From NCBI GenBank assembly GCA_964634885.1, contig CAZWLN010000007.1:1008-65007 (forward strand): a stretch of 64,000 nucleotides of DNA, in the 5' to 3' direction. Shown here piece after piece: positions 32,166 to 39,694 of this stretch. Numbering within the stretch: the first letter of the stretch is position 1; the number at the start of each line of letters is the position of its first letter. The notes under the pieces are model-generated. The model made no database searches and was not told where the DNA came from. It was given only the letters and a program-made list of their open reading frames with translations. This DNA is from an uncultured Hyphomicrobiales bacterium (GTDB lineage Bacteria > Bacteroidota > Ignavibacteria > Kapaibacteriales > UBA2268). Position numbers and translations under genes: made by a program.

Positions 32166-32760
32166 TCCGAAGGTAAAGAAACCTTCGGAAGTGCACCCCA
32201 CCTAAATCCTCCCCAAGGGGAGGACTTGAAGACCCTGTGTTTCTTGCCCCTTCCCCCTGGGGAAGGCTGGGATGGGGTGATCAAGGAATTACGAATTACA
32301 AATGAAAAATGAAAAATGAAAAAATAAGAATGAAGAATGCAGCCCCAAAGAGACTTTCCCTGAAGATGGACTCCACCTTGGCGTGCAATCTTAAGTCAAT
32401 CTTGCCTGCCGTCCCAACTGCTTAGGTGGAGTCCATCTTGCCCGACGCGAACCTTCCGATTTTTTCAATCCTTCGGAAGGGCACCCCACCTAAATCCTCC
32501 CCAAGGGGAGGACTTGAAGACCCTGTGTTTCTTGCCCCTTCCCCCTGGGGAAGGCTGGGATGGGGTTAATCAGTTCATCAAGTTCGTAAAGAATTCTGAG
32601 CCGGGCGTAGCGAGACCGGCGTTGCCAATTAAGAATGCTCTGAATGCTGTCTTAAAGATGGACTCCACCTTGGCGTGCAATTTTAAGTCAATCTTGCCTG
32701 CCGTCCCAACTGCTTAGGTGGAGTCCATCTTACCCGACGTGAAACCTTCCGAAGGCTAAG
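32166..32760. repeat. Tandemly duplicated ~290-bp composite repeat. Each unit is 'ccttcggaagg' palindrome + GC-rich module B (87 bp, copies 32193-32279 and 32481-32566) + a 74-76-bp hairpin element with 14-bp terminal inverted repeats 'agatggactccacc...ggtggagtccatct' (copies 32365-32438 and 32655-32730).
   Basis: Direct reading shows the two B copies are near-identical, as are the two hairpin elements. Module B itself contains the stem 'cctcccc-aa-ggggagg'. Confidence 0.85.
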
Positions 32761-32776
32761 AAACCTTCGGAAGGGC

Positions 32777-32814
32777 AAAAAAAAAACGCCCCGAATAACC
32801 GGGGCGTTTTTTTT
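32777..32814. terminator. Bidirectional rho-independent terminator (A-run, GC hairpin cgccccg-aataa-ccggggcg, T-run)
   Basis: 'aaaaaaaaaacgccccgaataaccggggcgtttttttt'. It lies 40 bp downstream of the stop of the minus-strand gene ending at 32855 and downstream of the plus-strand fabI-like gene and repeat block. Confidence 0.7.
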
Positions 32815-32854
32815 ATGTATTCAGTGCGGCTTTGCCGCTCTGTAACTCAGCTTA

Positions 32855-33712
32855 TTACGGCTGTGTTGTCAGTGAGAATGCACTGGGGTCAGCAGGATTG
32901 GGGCTGCCGGTGTAGTAGTAGTTTGATGCATCTTTAAATGTCAGATAGTCAACTTCAATGTAAACCGGGAAAGTATAGAAACCTTCGGATGCATCGGGAG
33001 AAGCCCAAACTGTACCGGGTGTCAAAGTGAACATGCCTTTACCCTGGCAAGCATTGCTGGGGCAGCACTCGGAGCATTTTACCCAAAATTCTTTGATAGC
33101 AGAATTTGATGCAAATTCGGGAGTAGTTGTAGGAACAACACTGCGGCCGCCACCGTAATTGTCGCCAATTTTGGGGCTGCTTGTGTTTGTGCCGAACATG
33201 CCCATTGTTCCGCTGAGAGCGAAGTTCTGGTTTGTCCACTGCTGGCCAGTGATGTTTGATAAATTACCGCCTTCGGGCTGGTATGTCCATGTCGAACCAG
33301 TGATAAATACGTTATTTGTCATCTGATCGTTGTTCTGTTCGTCGCATGCAAAAGCATTTGTTGCATTGCTGCCGGTAGCGCCGAATTTTGCATTGGCTTC
33401 AAAGGGCCAGCCGTTGCCGCCTGTAACTTTGAACTGCATGTTGTAAGCTGTACCGAGGTCTTTGGCGCCGTCGGGGTTCAACCAGCCAAGGTAAATGTTG
33501 CCGGTAACGTTTGTGATGTCGATCTGGCAGATAACGAATATTTTGTATTCGCCTGTTGCATTGTCAAATGAATAGTCATTTGCTTCGATCTTGCCGTTTG
33601 TTAAGTTGTCGTCTGCATTCCAGGGGCCTGTCTTGCTGGCGGAAGGTTCTACAGCAAATGCAAATGATGCTGTAAGGAGGAGAGCTGCAAAAATTGCAAA
33701 GAATTTCTTCAT
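32855..33712 (-). CDS. Secreted hypothetical protein (~285 aa), Gly/Asn/Thr-rich with a C-terminal Cys cluster
   Basis: Signal peptide 'MKKFFAIFAALLLTASFAFA'. No recognised catalytic motif. Cys-rich segment 'KCSECCPSNACQGKGMF'. An internal Met was chosen as the start on the basis of the signal peptide. Confidence 0.5.
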   Translation of the reverse strand: MKKFFAIFAALLLTASFAFAVEPSASKTGPWNADDNLTNGKIEANDYSFDNATGEYKIFVICQIDITNVTGNIYLGWLNPDGAKDLGTAYNMQFKVTGGNGWPFEANAKFGATGSNATNAFACDEQNNDQMTNNVFITGSTWTYQPEGGNLSNITGQQWTNQNFALSGTMGMFGTNTSSPKIGDNYGGGRSVVPTTTPEFASNSAIKEFWVKCSECCPSNACQGKGMFTLTPGTVWASPDASEGFYTFPVYIEVDYLTFKDASNYYYTGSPNPADPSAFSLTTQP

Positions 33713-33774
33713 GATAAACTCCAAAAAATTATAAAAAAACAATAATTAAAACATAAACACTGAGAAAAAATTTA

Positions 33775-34230
33775 CTATACAAATTCTATTTTCTTCATTG
33801 CCATTTCTCTTTGTACACCGGTTGCCATTGCCAGTGCGTTGTCGCCGAAAAACATTTTCCCTTCGGAAACGGCCCTGATACCGTCGAGGATGTCGTTCAT
33901 CCCTACCCTTTTCGACATATATCCGGCTGCTCCCAGCGACAAAGATTTCCGGATTACTTCTTCTTCGGTGTGAGCGGACAAGACCAGCACCTTCGATTTG
34001 CTTGGCGCCGGAAGCTTGCCCATTATCTCGAATCCGTTCATGAAGGGCATTTCCAGGTCGAGCAGAAGCACGTCAACATCGACGTTGTTCATTGCAGTAA
34101 CTACATCGGCGCCATTGCACAGCACATCGACAACTCTCATGTTGTCCTGTTTGTTCAGTACCGATTGCAATAGTTTTGCTGTCATTCTGTGGTCTTCTGC
34201 TATTAGGATGTTTAACAAATTAGTTGACAT
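33775..34230 (-). CDS. Stand-alone response regulator receiver domain protein (CheY-like, no output domain)
   Basis: 'NILIAEDHRMTAKLL...DVLLLDLEMPFMNGFEIMGKL...KVLVLSAHTEEEVIRKSLSLGAAGYMSK' contains the receiver Asp pocket and the phospho-acceptor 'LDLEMP'. At 151 aa there is no DNA-binding domain. Confidence 0.8.
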   Translation of the reverse strand: MSTNLLNILIAEDHRMTAKLLQSVLNKQDNMRVVDVLCNGADVVTAMNNVDVDVLLLDLEMPFMNGFEIMGKLPAPSKSKVLVLSAHTEEEVIRKSLSLGAAGYMSKRVGMNDILDGIRAVSEGKMFFGDNALAMATGVQREMAMKKIEFV

Positions 34231-34392
34231 TATATATTAGTTCCGTTTCTTTTATATTGTTATTCTTTTGTTTTCAAAAATCACTTTATATTTCCAACAA
34301 ATCCTTATTTCAAACAATATCACAAACTCACGGTGCAAATTTACACAGTAAAAACCCTAATGTAAATACCATGAACTCGGTAATTTGAGAAA

Positions 34393-34410
34393 ATACCGAG
34401 CACTCGGTAT
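34393..34410. promoter_or_regulatory. Perfect 8-bp-arm inverted repeat 'ataccgag-ca-ctcggtat' (candidate operator) ~165 bp upstream of the response regulator start. A second IR 'tacggat-tccgac-atccgta' lies at 34476-34495.
   Basis: Palindromes read directly. Their position in the 5' region of the minus-strand receiver gene is the only basis for calling them regulatory. Confidence 0.3.
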
Positions 34411-35032
34411 TGACCATCAGCAAATTGAAGTATAACCTATATGCGTATAATTAGGTATCATATAATAGTCATATTTACGGATTCCGACATCCGTATTTAT
34501 ACGGGTTGCATCATCAATATTCAATCATGAGCGGCTCATTTCAATCCCTGTTATATTAAAGGTACGATATTTAGAAACAGGTCTGAGAGCGGACTCTGTT
34601 GAGATTCATCAATTTGAAATTATGTAAAGCACATGATGGTTTCTACCTCGCAGTTGTAGTCCGTCTAAGTAAAATAATTGAAGATAAGGGAAAAGCCGTT
34701 CCGGTTCTGTATAACCAAAAGAATCAGAAAGGACTCTTTGGAACCCCACAGGATTCTACATCGTATTACTCTCTGTATGTTCAACCCCTAACGTGCTTGT
34801 TTTGGCCTGATACCACCGGTTTGTTACCGATATACAATCCCTGACGGGGTTAATCTCCAAGCGTGAATTGAAAGATATTTTTCCGAAAACCCATCCCGAC
34901 CTTCCACAGAGGGGAAGGGGAAAGAAGCAGCGGAGATATTCAAGTCCTCCCACCTGCAGAGGATTTAGGTGGGGTGGAACTGCTTCTTTTGACTACAATA
35001 ATGTCACCCCTTCAGGTTTTTTTGTCTTTACT

Positions 35033-35121
35033 AACTTGATGAACTATTAACATGTCGCCCCGATGGGGCTATTCTTGAGAAACTTGATGAACTATTAACA
35101 TGCCGCCCCGCTGGGGCTATT
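35033..35121. repeat. Tandem duplication of a ~44-bp unit 'cttgatgaactattaacatg(t/c)cgccccg(a/c)tggggctattcttga'. Each unit carries a 'cgcccc-n3-ggggc' hairpin.
   Basis: Two adjacent near-identical copies. A third single copy ('ctattaacatgtcgcccctacggggctttcgttcggggctatttg') lies at 39478-39520. Confidence 0.8.
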
Positions 35122-35285
35122 CTTGATGAACTTTACAAATTAAAAAATCCAACCTCCCCCTGACCCATCCTTATCCAGGGAGTGGGAAACCGCGTGGGTA
35201 CTGTTATTCTGCTGTTTCATCGGTGGAGACAGCTTGAGACTTGTCTCTACGTTTGTCAAATCAGATAACTGAAAAAGGAGACGGC

Positions 35286-37325
35286 CTATCTTTCGACGAT
35301 GAATTTGCGCGTCAGGACACTGCTGCCGGCTTTCACAGTAAAGAAATAGAGTCCTGGGTCGAGTCCTTCGATGTTGACAATGCCATTGTTCCCGACATCG
35401 CCACTCATTACAACTACGCCCAGCGTGTTAACAACCACCATCGAGGCTTCATCGCAGCCGTCGGGCAGCCTGACGGTGAGGTGGCCCGAGGCAGGGACAG
35501 GAGCCAGCGAGAAGGACAATTCACCGGAAACTGCGTCGCCGCCGCCATCCCCGACAGAAACGGCATTTTTGATGTAAGATAAATCGGTGTGGTAAATGCC
35601 GTTTGAAGTAAGGGCATATGCTTTGTTACCGATGAAAACCATGGAACTTAACGGGCCTTCAATCCCGTTCCCTATATAGGCCCATTTCCGGCAATCGCCA
35701 CTGCCGGCAAATAGTCCGCTGTTAGTGTTGAGGAAAACATAATCATCCCTGAAGGCAGAACTGAAAATTCTAATGTTTGTGTCGGGCATGTCAATCTTTT
35801 TCCAGGTAATGCCGTTGTCGGGGGTAAAGACAATCGAGTCTGTGTAAATAGTATATACACCTCTGCTGTTCACGGCAATCGAAGGAGTTTCCCCGCTTTT
35901 TCCGGTGCTGTCGATTTTGATCCAGTTCTCACCCCTGTCCGGGGAATACACCAGCTTTCCATAATAGGGACTGACAGCGGCATAGACATAGTTATTAATC
36001 GCTGCAATCTGTCCTGCTTCGAACATTTTGCCGAATCCGGCAGATACTTTCCAATTCCGGCCAAAATCGTGGGAATAACAGAATTTATTTCCTGAAGAAA
36101 CAATATAAATACACTGGCCTGAAACAGCCAGTGCCGTAGCTCCGAAGCCATTTGCAGCGGTAAGGTGTTCCCAGGTCAATCCGTAATCTTTTGAAATATA
36201 TTTATCATCGGACAAAGCTCCCAAAGCCACGATGGCCGGGCCGTCACTATTCATGATATTAATTTTTTTAAGGGGTAATCTTTCCGGAAGAGGTGTATAG
36301 GCTGCACCGTCGTCTAGAACTTTCAGCAGGCCATTGGCGCCGGCGGCAAGAAATTCATTGCCGTTGTACACGATGGCGTTGATCGTGCCACGGGCCAGTC
36401 CCGTATTCATTATTTTCCAGGTTTTCCCGCCATCGCCGGTATATGATGTACCGTATTTATTGCCGACAATGATATTGTCGCCGGCAAAGCAAAAACAACC
36501 CGGGACATATATTGAATCGGGTATGGGAAGGTTATTCCAGTGTACTCCGCAATCGGTGGACAGATAGCAGCCCTTGTAGCCTACACATATAACCTTCGAA
36601 CCGGAGACACTGAATTTTTTTAAATCGGAATTAGGAGGGGCAATAACAGGCAGCCAATTAGCTCCATTATCTGAAGAGTAAAAAGCTCCCATGTTTGTAT
36701 TTATTATTATATTCCCTTCAGAAACCACGATTTGTGACACTTCTAAATTGGTCAGGCCGGGGTTGAGCTGCTTCCAGGCAGGTTCCTCATCTTCGGGGCT
36801 GCAAACCCAGACACCCCCGGTTTTACCGCCTCCATAAAGCTTATTGCCGGAAACATAAAGGCATTCGATTTTATCATTGTCCAGTCCCGATTCGATCTTT
36901 ACCCATGAAGCGCCTCTGTCGTATGTTGCCAGAACCCCTTTGTCGCTCCCGTTGGTAATGAAAATGGTATTATCCATTGCTGCTAATTTACCGGCGCCTT
37001 TTTTCTCCGTAATAGTGTTCCAATTCATACCCTCGTCAGTAGAATAATATATTTTATATCCTGACCATGCGTATAATGTATTGCCGGACTTTGCCATGCC
37101 CGACATATATTCGTTCCTCAGGCCGCAATTGACGGAAACCCAGGTCACTCCGTTGTCTGTCGAACGGAAAACACCTGCACGTTGTGACAGGGCATATACT
37201 TTACCGTTGTTTTCCATTAAATCGCATATTTCGTGAAATTCCTGCATCGGCTGGGACCATTGGGCAGCGAGGGGTTGCACGGCAAAGGCCAGTGCCAGGA
37301 CAAGCAATATATAGTATTTATTCAT
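35286..37325 (-). CDS. BNR/Asp-box repeat beta-propeller protein with T9SS C-terminal sorting domain
   Basis: Signal peptide 'LVLALAFAVQPLAAQ'. Recurrent BNR motifs ('STDNGVTW', 'STDEGMNW', 'TYDRGASW', 'SSDNGANW', 'STDCGVHW', 'SKDYGLTW', 'SHDFGRNW', 'SPDRGENW', 'TPDNGITW'). C-terminus 'GLYFFTVKAGSSVLTRKFIVER' is a Por-secretion CTD. Confidence 0.78.
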   Translation of the reverse strand: MNKYYILLVLALAFAVQPLAAQWSQPMQEFHEICDLMENNGKVYALSQRAGVFRSTDNGVTWVSVNCGLRNEYMSGMAKSGNTLYAWSGYKIYYSTDEGMNWNTITEKKGAGKLAAMDNTIFITNGSDKGVLATYDRGASWVKIESGLDNDKIECLYVSGNKLYGGGKTGGVWVCSPEDEEPAWKQLNPGLTNLEVSQIVVSEGNIIINTNMGAFYSSDNGANWLPVIAPPNSDLKKFSVSGSKVICVGYKGCYLSTDCGVHWNNLPIPDSIYVPGCFCFAGDNIIVGNKYGTSYTGDGGKTWKIMNTGLARGTINAIVYNGNEFLAAGANGLLKVLDDGAAYTPLPERLPLKKINIMNSDGPAIVALGALSDDKYISKDYGLTWEHLTAANGFGATALAVSGQCIYIVSSGNKFCYSHDFGRNWKVSAGFGKMFEAGQIAAINNYVYAAVSPYYGKLVYSPDRGENWIKIDSTGKSGETPSIAVNSRGVYTIYTDSIVFTPDNGITWKKIDMPDTNIRIFSSAFRDDYVFLNTNSGLFAGSGDCRKWAYIGNGIEGPLSSMVFIGNKAYALTSNGIYHTDLSYIKNAVSVGDGGGDAVSGELSFSLAPVPASGHLTVRLPDGCDEASMVVVNTLGVVVMSGDVGNNGIVNIEGLDPGLYFFTVKAGSSVLTRKFIVER

Positions 37326-37342
37326 AATTGCTCCGGAAGGGA

Positions 37343-39361
37343 TTACTTAGTTATGATAAACTTCCGGGTATATGACCTGCTGCCGGAACTGACAGTGCAG
37401 AAATATAGTCCGGAACTGAGTTTCCTGAGATCGATATAATTATTTGTAATGAATTCATCTATGCAAATATTGCCTGATTCATCAGCAATACATACCCGTG
37501 CGCCGTCGAATCCCGGCGGCAGTTCGATTGACAGGTAATCGTCCGCAGGCTGTGGTATGAGGCGAAAAGGGGCCTCACCCCTGCCGGCTTCCTCAACGGA
37601 CACAGGTAAGGCCTGTCGCTCAATCCTGTAAAAGCCGATATTCTTACAGAAAATGAAAACATATGGCCCGAATATCTCCAATTTGGCAGATTCATATTCA
37701 TTATAGAAATTCATGTATAATCCGGAATTTTTCAATTCATCTGTCGAATCGGAACCATGATGGATCTTGATACCGTAATAGCTGACAGAGATAATATCCC
37801 CCCCGGAAAAAGCGCAGTCCCCATAGCCGTGGTGGCTGTTCACCGCTCCCCAGTGAGCGCCCTTGTCGGAAGAATATAACAATCCTGACCCGGAAGCCAT
37901 ATACACTATGGAACTACAGTGCCTGATGCTGTTGACAGAATAATTATAAACTCCGTTTGTCTTAATCCAGACGTTCCCGTTATTAGTGGAAATATACATT
38001 CCACGCCACCCTCCTAAGTAAAGTACACCGTCGTAAGCAGCGAGGCATGAAAACATTTCATTGGGCAAACCAAATGTCGAGGCGGTCCAGGAAATTCCAT
38101 TGTCCGTTGACTTGTAAACGGTGGAAGTAATCCCTGCCACGGCAAACAAGCAATCGGCGTTTCTCGTCAGGGCATAGAACTTGAGGTAACTTGAGAGCGT
38201 ATCTATCCTACTCCACGAAGCGCCTCCATTGGTGGAGAGATGGAGCCCTCCTTCTGTCCCGGCATAGATATTCCCGCCTTCGACATAGAATGTATTAACT
38301 TTTGTGTTTTGCAGCCCCCCATTAGCCGTTTTCCAGGTCTCTCCGTAGTCTGTCGATACGTAGATTCCCGACTGGGAACCGTAGAAAAGCTTGCCGCTGC
38401 ATACTGCAGAACAGGTAAAATCTTTTGCTTTCAAACCGGAATTGACAGACCGGAAATTCTTGCCGTCGTCATTCGAGTAGTATAGATTCTTATCTGTAAA
38501 ACCGAGGACAGTCCCCCACCTGGTAAGCTGCAATGGCATAGGAGTGCCGTCGGGATAGCCTGACGACACAGCGTTCCAGGAAGCGCCGTCGTCAGAGGAG
38601 AGGAATATGCCCTGGGCAGCAGCAGCGTATATCTTCCTGCCGCTGACAGCAAAGTAATTAATAGTACCAATCTGAGAGCTCAGTGGAAACTGCGTCCAGT
38701 TCTTTCCCCCGTCAACAGTACCGTAAATTTTATTGTTAACCAGGATATAGGCTATTGAACCGGACAACTGCAGGCTGTACTTGTCGTATTTACAAGGCTC
38801 TAACGAAGACCTGGCCCATTTCGATCCCATGTTTGACGAAACGAGGACGCTGTCGCCGGTCAGGACTATGACACTTTTATCAATGACAGCAAATGATTCA
38901 ATATCAGAACAAACAAGAACCAGGCTCCAGGTGGCTCCGTAGTCTTTCGACCGGAAAAGCCCCGAATAAGTCGATGCCCAGAATTCATTGCCCATTGCTT
39001 TAATTATTTCAAATGTTTTGTTATTATCATCCGGTTTTTCCCAATTCCTCCCCCGATCGTTTGACTTCCAGAGGCCTTCCCCTGTCTGTGCGATGACTTT
39101 GTCGCCAATCGAAGCGACAGAGTAAACATAACCCTTATTAATTCCGAAATTTGTCGACTGCCAGTTAAGCCCGTTGTCACTCGAAGTAAATATCCCTCCG
39201 CAATCCGTACCGATAAACAGGGCGCTTTCTCCACAGTCGTAACATGAGAGCTTGTAAAAATTGTGCAGCGGCTGGACCCACTGGCCTGAACATGGAATTA
39301 TCGATGAGAGTAAGACAGCAATCATGAGCACAGGCATGAAGCTGATCCTGATATTTATCAT
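37343..39361 (-). CDS. BNR/Asp-box repeat beta-propeller protein with T9SS C-terminal sorting domain (tandem paralog of the previous gene)
   Basis: BNR motifs ('SSDNGLNW', 'SNDRGRNW', 'SKDYGATW', 'TVDGGKNW', 'SSDDGASW', 'SNDDGKNF', 'STDYGETW', 'STNGGASW', 'STDNGISW', 'SSDKGAHW'). CTD 'SGLYFCTVSSGSRSYTRKFIITK'. The start was chosen at 'MINIRISFMPVLMIAVLLSS', which is signal-peptide-like; the ORF-track start at 39451 would add an unlikely leader. Confidence 0.7.
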   Translation of the reverse strand: MINIRISFMPVLMIAVLLSSIIPCSGQWVQPLHNFYKLSCYDCGESALFIGTDCGGIFTSSDNGLNWQSTNFGINKGYVYSVASIGDKVIAQTGEGLWKSNDRGRNWEKPDDNNKTFEIIKAMGNEFWASTYSGLFRSKDYGATWSLVLVCSDIESFAVIDKSVIVLTGDSVLVSSNMGSKWARSSLEPCKYDKYSLQLSGSIAYILVNNKIYGTVDGGKNWTQFPLSSQIGTINYFAVSGRKIYAAAAQGIFLSSDDGASWNAVSSGYPDGTPMPLQLTRWGTVLGFTDKNLYYSNDDGKNFRSVNSGLKAKDFTCSAVCSGKLFYGSQSGIYVSTDYGETWKTANGGLQNTKVNTFYVEGGNIYAGTEGGLHLSTNGGASWSRIDTLSSYLKFYALTRNADCLFAVAGITSTVYKSTDNGISWTASTFGLPNEMFSCLAAYDGVLYLGGWRGMYISTNNGNVWIKTNGVYNYSVNSIRHCSSIVYMASGSGLLYSSDKGAHWGAVNSHHGYGDCAFSGGDIISVSYYGIKIHHGSDSTDELKNSGLYMNFYNEYESAKLEIFGPYVFIFCKNIGFYRIERQALPVSVEEAGRGEAPFRLIPQPADDYLSIELPPGFDGARVCIADESGNICIDEFITNNYIDLRKLSSGLYFCTVSSGSRSYTRKFIITK

Positions 39362-39529
39362 TAGGCGTTCTCCGTACAAATAAAAAAAATAATACCTGCC
39401 ATCATTCAAAAAACCAAATATAATATAATAAAAATAAAAAGTCAAAGGCATCTACTCTACAGGCGGGTTTTGCTATTAACATGTCGCCCCTACGGGGCTT
39501 TCGTTCGGGGCTATTTGTATAATCACTAA

Positions 39530-39640
39530 CTTTGCGGGCTTTGCGCCTTTGCGTGAGATATTTCTTACTTTCTTTACAAACAATTAGTCCAACCACCCCC
39601 TGCCCCCTCCTTATCCAAGGCGGGGGAAAGCCGCACTACG
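39530..39640. repeat. Interspersed repeat modules (copies of the 31 kb cluster). Modules: 'ctttgcgggctttgcgcctttgcgtgagatatttctt' and inverted 'ccaccccctgccccctccttatccaaggcgggggaaagccg'.
   Basis: Direct comparison with 31009-31060 and 31145-31190. Confidence 0.8.
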
Positions 39641-39694
39641 CCTGCTTCTACTTGCTTTATGAACTTGATAAACTTGACAAACTTTATAAACTTA

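Noticed and set aside
32514-32717. 67-aa ORF (and neighbouring short ORFs 31433-31690, 32166-32300) inside the repeat cluster
   Set aside because: It is read entirely through duplicated palindromic repeat modules and has no RBS. It is an artefact of GC-rich repeats.
34599-34844. 81-aa ORF in the long non-coding region upstream of the response regulator
   Set aside because: It has no RBS and odd composition, and it overlaps the palindromes. It was treated as non-coding.
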